Notes: generated by a model not told the origin, from the letters alone. Counted from the stretch's first letter, positions 1 through 8,482 are shown. The stretch is DNA of 20,000 bases from an uncultured virus (IMG/VR IMGVR_UViG_3300031912_000006) (IMGVR_UViG_3300031912_000006); one strand, 5' to 3'. Numbers and translations: made by a program.

Positions 1-736
1 CCGCGTGGACGCCCATACCACGGTAATTACCTTCCAATCGGACGGCATTGGCAATTGTCGGATACGCATCCAAAACCTCTTGGGCTCTTGGGAATACGGC
101 AAACGTATCCTCAAGAGAATTGCCCTCCCGCGAGTCTCCACCACCACGTTCAATGATAAGACGCTTGACTTTGTCTGCCTCCCAACTTGGGATGTGATAG
201 ACTCGTGCGACATCGTCTATGCTGTTCTTTCCCTTGTATCTCATGAAGTTTGCGACTTTACCCGTTTTATCTGCGCCGTAACGACTTGCCGCGTAGTCGA
301 AGACTTCTTGTCTACGCTCATCATCAAAGTCCAAGTCGATGTCGGGCAAATCGTTTCGGCTTGGGTCGATGAACCTTTCAAAAAGCAGACGGTCAAATAC
401 CACGGGATCAATCTCCGTGATACGGAGAAGATAGCATACGACGCTAGCAGACGCTGACCCACGTCCAGGTCCAACCGCAATACCATGGTCCTTAGCCCAC
501 CTGACAATGTCGCTCGTGACCAGGAAGTAGTCAACGAAACCTTTGCCAATGATAAGCTCCAACTCCGCTTCCACTCTGTCGATGTATAGCTGGGGTCGGT
601 TGAGCATACTTTCGTTTTGCGTGATGTCAAGGCGATAATCCCATCCACAATTTAGCCAGTGCCGCAACAGCTTTACTGCCTCATCAGACGGTTTAAGATT
701 GATCGCGTACGTAGTGAGATCAGGTTTTACGACCAC
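1..736 (-). CDS. dnaE: DnaE-type DNA polymerase III alpha, catalytic portion (runs off the left edge; missing from the ORF track)
   Basis: Manual translation is open from GTG 736 (GAGGGGAAGGA 9 nt upstream) to base 1. It contains GFVDYFL, GPGRGSASAS, ITEIDP, LLFERF, catalytic PDIDLDF and RLEGNYRGMGVHA. Confidence 0.95.
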   Translation of the reverse strand, partial: MVVKPDLTTYAINLKPSDEAVKLLRHWLNCGWDYRLDITQNESMLNRPQLYIDRVEAELELIIGKGFVDYFLVTSDIVRWAKDHGIAVGPGRGSASASVVCYLLRITEIDPVVFDRLLFERFIDPSRNDLPDIDLDFDDERRQEVFDYAASRYGADKTGKVANFMRYKGKNSIDDVARVYHIPSWEADKVKRLIIERGGGDSREGNSLEDTFAVFPRAQEVLDAYPTIANAVRLEGNYRGMGVHA

Positions 737-1668
737 GGTAGCCAGTCCTTCCCCTCAATTGGATACCGCAGCGGTTCTACCTTTGCGAGCTTCACGTCAC
801 AACGATCAGCTATCACCCCGGTGTTCGAGAGTGCTTGTAACGCACCATCTTCCGTTAACCCCGTGCCCAAAAGGTCTTGGTACACGCGCTCGTCGCTCTC
901 TGGTATGTCTAGTGTTACGTTGTACTCCCAAGCCGCTTCTGTGGCGGATACGCTAGAACCACGGTGAGCCGCATGAAGAACCTTCTGCATCTCGTTGTCT
1001 CTAGCATAGACATAATGACAGTCGCTCGTCGCAGCAAGTTGTGCTCCGGTGTCTCTGGAAATGCGCTCGTAGGCCTGATTGATCTTACAAGTTCGACGCA
1101 GCGCAGGAAAGCGCTGAGTTTCAAGGTAGTACCTGTCGCCAAATACCTCTTGGTACCATTCCACGACCCCAAGGGCACGCCGATATTGCTCTGGGTCGAA
1201 TCTGAATCCTGGTGCACCGTAAGACTTTCCACCAAAGAGCGTGCAGGCAAGCACCGAATCAGAACATCCAGAGAGTACAATGAGTCCGTCACTAAACTCC
1301 TCAAGCATCTCAACGTGAATCGTCGGAAACCGTGTCTTGCTGGTTCTCCCAATGGTTTTCCACGACTCAACGACTAACTTGTTCAGGTTTGAATAACCAG
1401 CCTGCGTCATGGCTAGGATGGTCTGATGGCACTTCCTGCGCTCGTTGGGCGGGGCAACGTAACCCTCAAGGCCGAACAGCGGTTTGATGCCAAACTTGGT
1501 ACACGCCTTCTCAAGCTGTACATGGCTCGACACGTTACCTCAACCATGTTCCGTCAACGCCATAGCTTTCATACCAAGCGTTGCACAACGCTCAACATGT
1601 TCTTCAGGCAAACCATAACCATCTCCATATGAAAAAGTCGAATGGTGGTGTAACGAAACATAATCCAT
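727..1668 (-). CDS. dnaE: PHP domain of DnaE as a separate ORF, interrupted by an in-frame TGA at 1540-1542
   Basis: ATG 1668 has a GAGGTG SD and reads MDYVSLHHHSTFSYGDG...MALTEHG*GNVSSH. The same frame continues as the 727..1533 ORF with PHP motifs GLEGY, H-x-TILA, LIVLSGC, YYLE and ATSDCHY. Confidence 0.9.
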
Positions 1669-1673
1669 TTATA

Positions 1674-2123
1674 TCACCTCCCACGATGATAACGGCGGGT
1701 GTTATCGCCTGGTGTTATTTCTTCTAAGTGATCTGTGTTCCAACAATTTTTACGTTCACACATATGATCAACTGTCATGCCTCGCGTTAAAGTTTCGCCA
1801 TCTAAGATTAACGCTAACCTGTGTATTCGCACAAATTTACCGTGATACCAAATCTGTTGATACTTATGAATTTTGTCTATACCATCATATAGCCAACACG
1901 GAGTATCAAAATTTGGATGTTTAACGACATCCGTTCTAGCCCAAAGCCTATCAAGTACAGGCTGTTCCTTTCGCCCAGCACGCTCCTTATAGACACATAC
2001 CCTATCTGAATGAGCAACTACTTGCCCATCGCCAGTGCGGTAGTCTACTGCAGATTCATAATCTGAAAGTATTGGCTCGCAATAGATTCCGGTGTTTATC
2101 GGAGCTTTACTCACGTTCGTCAT
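1674..2123 (-). CDS. HNH (homing) endonuclease
   Basis: PCWLY...HRLA...VDHMCERKNCWNTDHLEEITPGDN is the Zn-loop HNH signature; AT-rich (hand-counted 60-nt lines are 32-40% GC). Confidence 0.9.
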   Translation of the reverse strand: MTNVSKAPINTGIYCEPILSDYESAVDYRTGDGQVVAHSDRVCVYKERAGRKEQPVLDRLWARTDVVKHPNFDTPCWLYDGIDKIHKYQQIWYHGKFVRIHRLALILDGETLTRGMTVDHMCERKNCWNTDHLEEITPGDNTRRYHRGR

Positions 2124-2135
2124 TACGGGTCAATC

Positions 2136-2678
2136 CTAGTCCCTTTTAGCCTGTTTAGGATCGAGTAGGGCTAATAAAAGGTGACCAATTAAGTCCATCA
2201 TGATCTCTGGAACCTGCTCTCCCACAAGAGGTTTGCCATCCCACAACGCCTTCTTCAGCTTACCAACCTTGCGCCACAGGTCAACAAATTGACCTTTAGC
2301 ACCTAGTTTGAACTCATCGAAGTCGTCACCGTAATCCTTGTTCTTATTGAGGAATAGCTCCAACACCTTTGGCAATACGCAGAGTAGAATGCGCTCTGAT
2401 TGTACCGTTGGTGGGTTAGCAATTTCAATCGTGATCAGGCCCAAGCTATGGTTGATGTTATCCGGCTCACCCCAAGCGCGCACACGAATCTCGTGTAATG
2501 GCAATGGATTTGGCTCAACCTCCATGGGCACTCCTGGGTTGGCATTCATCACTTCGCTCATGACTTCAGCGGTAGGTCGTAACCCAGCTTGATCGCGTAT
2601 TACGTCTGCTTGCGATGTGCTTGGATAGCCGGGGTAACCGCGCTCTTCAAGTTTCTTCGCCATGTAATCATCAGTCAT
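2136..2678 (-). CDS. Nucleotide modification-associated domain 1 (Nmad1/DUF1599)-like protein
   Basis: C-terminal KNKDYG...G...WRKVGKL...E...DLIGH resembles the DUF1599/Nmad1 pattern. Confidence 0.65.
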   Translation of the reverse strand: MTDDYMAKKLEERGYPGYPSTSQADVIRDQAGLRPTAEVMSEVMNANPGVPMEVEPNPLPLHEIRVRAWGEPDNINHSLGLITIEIANPPTVQSERILLCVLPKVLELFLNKNKDYGDDFDEFKLGAKGQFVDLWRKVGKLKKALWDGKPLVGEQVPEIMMDLIGHLLLALLDPKQAKRD

Positions 2679-3529
2679 CGCATGTACTCCAATCGTTTCG
2701 TGACGTCCTTGAAGGCGTCAGTTGTCAGTATGCCCTTCTGCCATTGACCGTATCGGCCTACATGTAGCCAGCTATTCCACGGGCAGTTCATCCCAGATGG
2801 TATGTACCGCAACGGCTTAACTAATCGGCTAGGCTCTTTGCCCGTCATGGCTGTGATCTCGACACCACGCATCCATGCCGGCCACTCAACCGTCTTGTAC
2901 CCGAACACATTTGAAAGCCGGTTGTATGCAACGAATTTGCTGCCGTTACACTCAATCGTCATATCGTCTATCTCATAGGGTACGAATGTTCCGTTTTCTG
3001 GCGCGTCACCGATAGCCCACCCTAGCGAGTAGATGAACTGATCATCGCTTACCGCCCACATATTGCGCGGCACAGTCGATATCACCAAGTCGAAAGACTC
3101 AATGTCTAGCTCGTGCCGTAGGTGGAGGTATGGGTGCTCTCTGGCCCAATCCGGCTTGCCGTTTTCCATTAAGCGGCTTGGGATTTGGAAGTCCTCCACG
3201 CACCCGCCGTACATCAGCCACAGTCGGTGGTAGGCTTCGCGGATGTCCCAGGCCATGTGCTCTGTCTCAAAGTCCTCTGGCGCAATGATACCGTCCCAGA
3301 ACTTGCCGTGCGTCTTGCGCCGATACTCTTCTGGCGTACCAACATTCACGTACGTAACGTGACGGCCTTCATCCTCTTTGATCACACCTGGGATTGGCTC
3401 GTGAAGGTATTGGGAGCCGTACAGTTGGCTCTTACGTCGCTTGGAGAATATGCGGAAGTCAGCGTCAGCTAGGGCGCAAGCGTGCGCCGCCAGCAATCCT
3501 GTTGGGCCGCAACCTAATATCGCTATCAT
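2675..3529 (-). CDS. FAD/NAD-dependent oxidoreductase (UDP-galactopyranose mutase/amine-oxidase-like fold)
   Basis: N-terminal Rossmann motif IAILGCGPTGLLAA, then DLVISTVP and C-terminal VGRYGQW. Start moved to ATG 3529 (GGAG SD, ATGA overlap with the upstream stop). Confidence 0.8.
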   Translation of the reverse strand: MIAILGCGPTGLLAAHACALADADFRIFSKRRKSQLYGSQYLHEPIPGVIKEDEGRHVTYVNVGTPEEYRRKTHGKFWDGIIAPEDFETEHMAWDIREAYHRLWLMYGGCVEDFQIPSRLMENGKPDWAREHPYLHLRHELDIESFDLVISTVPRNMWAVSDDQFIYSLGWAIGDAPENGTFVPYEIDDMTIECNGSKFVAYNRLSNVFGYKTVEWPAWMRGVEITAMTGKEPSRLVKPLRYIPSGMNCPWNSWLHVGRYGQWQKGILTTDAFKDVTKRLEYMR

Positions 3530-3714
3530 TGCTTTGCTCCGTGGCATTTGCGTCGGTGGTACTTCCGCCACCGAACGTGGTTTGGTGTGCTGTCGTTGCC
3601 CCAGTCGGTTAAGCCGCAGCCACCAATATACGGGTTACACATGTACAGCTGAGCACTACCTAGCGCCGGAATCATGTCCAGGCGCAGGATTAGGTCTTTG
3701 TCGTAATTTGGCAA
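3526..3714 (-). CDS. Small hypothetical protein, possibly Zn-binding (C-x6-C...H...C)
   Basis: GGAG before the TTG start; ATGA coupling to the oxidoreductase gene. Confidence 0.6.
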   Translation of the reverse strand: MPNYDKDLILRLDMIPALGSAQLYMCNPYIGGCGLTDWGNDSTPNHVRWRKYHRRKCHGAKQ

Positions 3715-3802
3715 GTTCTCTCCCCAAATCGCAATGGAGGCAAAGCCACCCGTGCTTCGTCCACACCATAGGACAACCGCACGGGCAGCTTCGCTCGGAC
3801 AT
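3656..3802 (-). CDS. Possible 48-aa zinc-ribbon protein (not in the ORF track)
   Basis: MSERSCPCGCPMVWTKHGWLCLHCDLG... fills the gap after the SSB-like gene, but has no clear SD and overlaps the next ORF by 59 nt. Confidence 0.4.
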   Translation of the reverse strand: MSERSCPCGCPMVWTKHGWLCLHCDLGRELAKLRQRPNPAPGHDSGAR

Positions 3803-3811
3803 GATTACGAA

Positions 3812-4558
3812 TCAGAACGGTGGACGCTTGCGACTGCCAGACTTGGCTGTCTCCTTGGCGTCTTGCTCGTCGGAGATGTCTTCGTCATCGTCGCCTTCAT
3901 CCTCTTCATCTTCGTAGTCCTCATCTTCTTCGTAGTCCTCCTCATCGTCTTCTTCGTCACCAATGAGGTCGTCATCTTCATCATCGTCTTGCGGCTCAAC
4001 AGCTTTCGGCTTCTCGCCGAGATACGGAAGGTAGCCGGCAATTTCAGGACGGTAGTTGCCGTTCTGGTCTTGGCCTGCGCGAGTGACGATTTGGATCATG
4101 ACTTCACCGTTGGGCGAATTGATCGGAACGCGACCGATTTTGGTGATGTGGGTTTCCTTATCACCGCGCTTGTTCTCAACTCGCTTGTAGTCTGGGCCTT
4201 TGTCCTCATCCCAGAACACGGCTTCGATTGCGCGCTTGGCTCTTTCAGAACCGTCCGTCAGAGCGTGAAGGAATGCGTTGACGAAACCTTGGGACTGCTC
4301 AATGATGTTGAGCCCATCCCAAACCGGCGCACCGTGGTATTCCTCTTTGCCCTTGAGGTTTGCGGTCTGAACCTCCATGAGCAGTCGGATACGCGGCTTG
4401 CCCTTATTCACGGTGTTGGAGGCAATCCTGATGACCTCCATGCGCTTAACCTTGGCGGGCCAGCTGCCTTTCGGCAGTTCCGGTCCATCGTAGCCCAGCC
4501 CACCGGCCTTGCTTGGCGGCACACCCTTACCGGATATGTCCCACTTCATCTTAGGCAT
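3812..4558 (-). CDS. ssDNA-binding protein-like (DUF669-type) with acidic tail
   Basis: ELPKGSWPAKV N-terminus, long D/E tail ending PPF, directly after the AAA_24 ATPase; start ATG 4558 after GAGGAGGA. Confidence 0.7.
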   Translation of the reverse strand: MPKMKWDISGKGVPPSKAGGLGYDGPELPKGSWPAKVKRMEVIRIASNTVNKGKPRIRLLMEVQTANLKGKEEYHGAPVWDGLNIIEQSQGFVNAFLHALTDGSERAKRAIEAVFWDEDKGPDYKRVENKRGDKETHITKIGRVPINSPNGEVMIQIVTRAGQDQNGNYRPEIAGYLPYLGEKPKAVEPQDDDEDDDLIGDEEDDEEDYEEDEDYEDEEDEGDDDEDISDEQDAKETAKSGSRKRPPF

Positions 4559-5486
4559 CTGTTTCCTCCTCAATCCCAACCATGTCGGCTGCCTCGTCGA
4601 CAGAGTCTTGCGTTGCCTTCACCAGACTCATTGGGTTACTTTCCTTTTCACCGTTGCGGTTGCTACGGCGATTGCGCTTGTTGGGTACAACCCGCCCAGG
4701 CGCAGGCTGCTGCGGTCCTGCTTCTAACAGTTCCCGTAGCTCTTTGAGATTGCCAATATGGCCTTCTCGTATAACAGTTTTCGGCTCCAAGCACCGCGTA
4801 CGGTCCTTGGCCATGACGGTTTTGCTTCCGCGCCACTGGATTACGCGATACTCCTCATAAACCGCGTGGCCGTCTTCATCAGTTCCCGTCCTACGCCGAA
4901 CAACTCGCATGTTGCCGAAGCTCGTCATCCAGCTGGCCGTCGCCTTGGCGTACTGCGTGCCCTTGCCCTGGAGCATTGGGATCACGACCTTGTCGCCTTC
5001 TTCGTTCTCATCCTCCATCTGGAGCGCGGTGTAGAGAACGTTACACGGTAAAGCGTTGAAGCTCTTGACAAGTCGCCGGAACTTCTCGTAATACGGCACC
5101 CAGTCCTGAAGCTGCGGTACGTCAGGATCACGACCAGGATTTAGCTCAACGCCTTGGTCAAGGATATGCCGCATACACATCTGCTGCATTTCCGTAAGGC
5201 TGTCTAGCACAACCCAATTGAACGGTATCGGGTCTTGCTCGCGCAGCCAGTTGTAGGCATCTTGAATGTCGGCCCACGTGTGGATTTTCCACTTCATCGC
5301 CGTTGAGCCAAATCGCTTGGCGCTCAACGTGCCGTTGTCTTCCGGCGCGATGAACAGCACGTCATCATCAGACCCTGCGAACACGGTCTTGCCCACGCCG
5401 CTGTCGGCGTAGATCATGAGGTTGACGTACTCATCCTCATCCTGTAACGAGATGATCTCGTCAGGAAATTGCACTTTCATTGTCAC
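4551..5486 (-). CDS. AAA_24 family ATPase (Sak4-like recombination ATPase)
   Basis: Walker A IYADSGVGKT, Walker B VVLDSLTE, AKDRT motif; lies between the nuclease and SSB genes. Confidence 0.85.
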   Translation of the reverse strand: MTMKVQFPDEIISLQDEDEYVNLMIYADSGVGKTVFAGSDDDVLFIAPEDNGTLSAKRFGSTAMKWKIHTWADIQDAYNWLREQDPIPFNWVVLDSLTEMQQMCMRHILDQGVELNPGRDPDVPQLQDWVPYYEKFRRLVKSFNALPCNVLYTALQMEDENEEGDKVVIPMLQGKGTQYAKATASWMTSFGNMRVVRRRTGTDEDGHAVYEEYRVIQWRGSKTVMAKDRTRCLEPKTVIREGHIGNLKELRELLEAGPQQPAPGRVVPNKRNRRSNRNGEKESNPMSLVKATQDSVDEAADMVGIEEETDA

Positions 5487-5680
5487 ATGAATTCCTGTTC
5501 CTTGTATGGTGCTTCGTCCATTCGGACAACGTACCTTTCGATTTCCTCAACTTTGGCTAGGATCCAGTCTGCATCAACGCCTTTCACTCGTTTCAATGCT
5601 TTCTGCCTCAAAACCCTTGTCTTGAAACGGTCTAACTCGACCATTCCACGATCCTTAACTCTGGCAACAATTTTGATCAC
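5483..5680 (-). CDS. Hypothetical protein
   Basis: 4-nt overlaps with both neighbours. Confidence 0.75.
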   Translation of the reverse strand: MIKIVARVKDRGMVELDRFKTRVLRQKALKRVKGVDADWILAKVEEIERYVVRMDEAPYKEQEFM

Positions 5681-6870
5681 CTCACCTTCTTGCTATTGTC
5701 CGCACCCTCACGGTGATCCGCGTAAGGATCGAATGTCTTCATCGCAGTCTCAATGAAATACTCTGTGTCACCTCCACTTTCGTCAAGCTCACACAGGTCG
5801 AAGAACTTACACCACGGGCAGTCCTTCGTCGGAGTCTTCAGTACAGGCAACCTGCCGCCGCGTACCTCAGCCATCACTCGCGCTTCTTCGCTGATGCGAA
5901 CGATCTGGCGCTGCCGTTCCTTCGGAGTACGCGGCACAAAGTAGCGCAGGAAGTTGTCTGTGCTCTGGTCTGCGCTGATGTCGCCGTAGACCGGACCAAC
6001 GCACTGCTGAGCGCAAATCGCTTCTAGGTCAGTCATTTTCAGCTTCATCAATCCTTCGCGGTCGCTCTCCACGTAGTCGCTGTCCAAGTGCGTGACGAGA
6101 GCGTCTATGTAGTGGCGCTTTTGGGGATTGTTACGGGCCTGATTATTGACGTCGCGTGGGCGAGTGTCGAGCTTGGCGCGCTTGATGATGTTCCACTCCA
6201 TGCCGGCAATGACTTGATCCTTCTCGATAAGTCCTTGGCGCTGAAGGGAATGCGTGCCCACGGCGATGTACGTGGACGGCTGCTCGTCTAGCGTTAGGTG
6301 GCGGGTTTCAATCTTCGTCATCGTCTTGTGGTCCACCATCTTGATGAGCGGCCTGCCCTTTGGGTCCTCCTGGTTGAGGTCACGGTAGCAAAGGTCAATC
6401 GTTCCAACCAATTTCACGATTGGTGTGTAAACCCGCCTGCCCTTCTTCGACTCCATACGCGGCACCCGCACATCCGGTATCAGGACATCAAACCGGCGCT
6501 CGGCGTCTAGCACGTCCCAGTGCGGGTCACCTTGGTACCGATTTACATATGCGACAAGCAATTCCGCGCCAAGCGTGTAGAAGTCCTCCCACTTGGCCAC
6601 CAGCTCATCGTCGCGTACCTCCATCGTCCTGACGGTGGTGATCATGTCCTTGGCTAGTTGCTCCCAAGTCTCGGCAGGATGCGGCCCGCGCTTTAGGCCA
6701 GGTAGGTAGTACCCAGCCAGAGCTACGTGGACGAGCGTCCCAAACTCCGCTAGCTCCATGCCTCTTGGCATCAGTGGCTCCAGGCCGCGAACGTACTGCT
6801 GGTACCACGCCCACTGGCAGCGTTTGAAAGCTGCTCTCTCGCTCTGCCTTAACAACGGCAACTCAGCCAT
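5677..6870 (-). CDS. Cas4/RecB-like PD-(D/E)xK exonuclease with predicted Fe-S cluster
   Basis: FKRC (first Cys), GTLVH, E...GTIDL...VDHKT...Q..TY, and C-terminal CPWCKFFDLC; start ATG 6870 after AGGAG. Confidence 0.88.
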   Translation of the reverse strand: MAELPLLRQSERAAFKRCQWAWYQQYVRGLEPLMPRGMELAEFGTLVHVALAGYYLPGLKRGPHPAETWEQLAKDMITTVRTMEVRDDELVAKWEDFYTLGAELLVAYVNRYQGDPHWDVLDAERRFDVLIPDVRVPRMESKKGRRVYTPIVKLVGTIDLCYRDLNQEDPKGRPLIKMVDHKTMTKIETRHLTLDEQPSTYIAVGTHSLQRQGLIEKDQVIAGMEWNIIKRAKLDTRPRDVNNQARNNPQKRHYIDALVTHLDSDYVESDREGLMKLKMTDLEAICAQQCVGPVYGDISADQSTDNFLRYFVPRTPKERQRQIVRISEEARVMAEVRGGRLPVLKTPTKDCPWCKFFDLCELDESGGDTEYFIETAMKTFDPYADHREGADNSKKVR

Positions 6871-6997
6871 TCGTAGTCTCCTGCGCGAAAGTTTGTTTGT
6901 CTGCACATGAATGGTATTGCGTATCAACGTGAATGAACCCCGTGCCGCAACGGGCACAGGGCTCAATCTCTTGTTGGCAGTGTGGGCACTCAGGCAT
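6863..6997 (-). CDS. 44-aa Cys-rich zinc-finger-like protein
   Basis: MPECPHCQQEIEPCARCG...; AAGGGA before ATG 6997; 8-nt overlaps with both neighbours. Confidence 0.65.
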   Translation of the reverse strand: MPECPHCQQEIEPCARCGTGFIHVDTQYHSCADKQTFAQETTNG

Positions 6998-7208
6998 CGT
7001 ATTCCCTTGCGATGCAATCGGAGCACATCTTGTAGGTGACCGGCTCTCCGTCGAAGATAGCGAATTGCCGGCGGTACTTCTCGCCTGGGTTGATGGTACG
7101 CTTGCAGCTGTTACACACATGTGCCCGTTTAGCTTTGATGCGCCTATCGCTCAGGAGTAAGCCGGTATCTTCCGGCTCACGGGTCAACCAGTCGTCAAGA
7201 CCTCTCAT
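6990..7208 (-). CDS. Zinc-ribbon protein (CxxC...CxxC)
   Basis: KAKRAHVCNSCKRTINPGEKY...MCSDC; ATGA overlap. Confidence 0.75.
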   Translation of the reverse strand: MRGLDDWLTREPEDTGLLLSDRRIKAKRAHVCNSCKRTINPGEKYRRQFAIFDGEPVTYKMCSDCIAREYDA

Positions 7209-7528
7209 AGCATCTCGCTGATCTTGATGTTGATGTAGTGGGTGCCGTCGTGCTTAGTCTTGATGCGCAGTTGCCCTTCTAACGGCGAAACACGTTGGAA
7301 GTCAACATGGATCACGCCTTCTGGCTTACCGCCGAATGGCCAAATCCACTTCTCGTTGTCGATGGTCCAAAGCTTCCCAAAGATCGCATGGGCTACTTGG
7401 TGTTTCAACGATTTGCTTTCACGCATCGCTCGGCGCTCATCACGCTCAAGCATTTTCTTGCAATTCGGGTTGTGTTCACCAGGTCTGGTGGACCAGCAAC
7501 ACTCTTGGGTACTCGGCGCTTTAGTCAC
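7205..7528 (-). CDS. Hypothetical protein
   Basis: 4-nt overlaps on both sides. Confidence 0.75.
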   Translation of the reverse strand: MTKAPSTQECCWSTRPGEHNPNCKKMLERDERRAMRESKSLKHQVAHAIFGKLWTIDNEKWIWPFGGKPEGVIHVDFQRVSPLEGQLRIKTKHDGTHYINIKISEML

Positions 7529-8049
7529 GATTGCTTCCTTTTGGGCATGTCGGATGGAGTCGGGTGATGCTCAGTTCCCATGGGCGGCACCAACGGTGCG
7601 TTGGTCGCCACCCATGGCGAACCTTTACCACCCGGTTGAACAATCAGCTTATCCTTCAGCAGCGATGCGGTACGACTCCACACCGTAGCCTTGCCCGTGT
7701 GGAAGTGCTCGCATAGCTGATCCGTAGTGCGGCCGTTCTTGTAGCTAGCGATGTAATCGTATGTCTCCGCTACAATCCGCGACGTACGTGCACCCTGGCT
7801 AGCCTTGAGTTGGTAGTACCGGCTGTTGGCTTTCCGCTCCGCGAGAGCTAAAGCCTTACGGCGCGCTTCGGCGTTCTCCCTACGCGCCACCGTCGTGGCT
7901 TCTCGTGTCGGCGCTACCGGCTGCGGAGTAGTCGCCGGTGCGTACTCCTGTTGGACCGCCCGCATTAGCGCAGCGGCCTCTGCGATGTGGCCGTTCGCCA
8001 GGTCAACGTCGAACTCAATGTTGCCTTCCGGCGTGATGGTAATTCTCAC
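7525..8049 (-). CDS. Putative winged-HTH DNA-binding protein
   Basis: C-terminal GRTTDQLCEHFHTGKATVWSRTASLLKDKLI followed by a wing-like segment. Confidence 0.65.
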   Translation of the reverse strand: MRITITPEGNIEFDVDLANGHIAEAAALMRAVQQEYAPATTPQPVAPTREATTVARRENAEARRKALALAERKANSRYYQLKASQGARTSRIVAETYDYIASYKNGRTTDQLCEHFHTGKATVWSRTASLLKDKLIVQPGGKGSPWVATNAPLVPPMGTEHHPTPSDMPKRKQS

Positions 8050-8288
8050 GAGGGCACCACCGCGTAATACTTTGCAGGCCTACCGTTATCGCGCTGAACG
8101 TAGCCGTTGCCCATGCTCCCGCCTAGACGGAGATACACCGTCATATAGTTTAGCTTGAGCTTACGAGCGATGTGGTCGACAGTGAGGCCACTTCCATTCT
8201 GATTCCTCATGAGGAATGCCCAGACCTCGTAAGCGCCAGGCGCGAGTGGCCCGCCCAGCACCTTCAATTCGGCAGCAGTAATTGCCAT
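8046..8288 (-). CDS. Winged-HTH DNA-binding protein
   Basis: LTVDHIARKLKLNYMTVYLRL...GYVQR...RPAKYYA; preceded by the conserved leader motif. Confidence 0.75.
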   Translation of the reverse strand: MAITAAELKVLGGPLAPGAYEVWAFLMRNQNGSGLTVDHIARKLKLNYMTVYLRLGGSMGNGYVQRDNGRPAKYYAVVPS

Positions 8289-8296
8289 TTCAGTTT

Positions 8297-8399
8297 CCCT
8301 TTCGGTTGTTCTTCTCTTACCAGGGTTGCCATACCCTGGAGGATGTCAGGCCAAGGCTGCTTAGCGTGGCCACGACTAGCCTGACATCCACCAGGGCAC
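8297..8399 (-). promoter_or_regulatory. Hairpin-leader unit 8: long stem (8331-8399) plus AACAACCGAAAGGG
   Basis: GTGCCCTGG-T-GGATGTCAGGC / GCCTGACATCC-T-CCAGGGTAT; SD motif 8 nt before ATG 8288. Confidence 0.8.
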
Positions 8400-8482
8400 C
8401 CAGCCGTGCGAGTTGCGTATCTCGCCACGTTCCGGCTGGGGCCTGGCCCACCGCGTTTTAGTCCTGTGTGGGCTTCGGACGC

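Noticed and set aside
5..648. ORFs 5..457(+) and 241..648(-)
   Set aside because: They overlap the true DnaE catalytic frame, which the track missed because it has no stop within the window
1540..1542. Genome-wide TGA recoding (alternative genetic code) or selenocysteine
   Set aside because: Many genes end in TGA with ATGA/TGATG coupling; the stop is an extra codon in the motif, not a substitution at a Trp or Cys position
3734..4747. 337-aa + strand hydrophobic ORF
   Set aside because: Antisense shadow of the acidic SSB-like gene; the hydrophobic run mirrors its GAA/GAC codons
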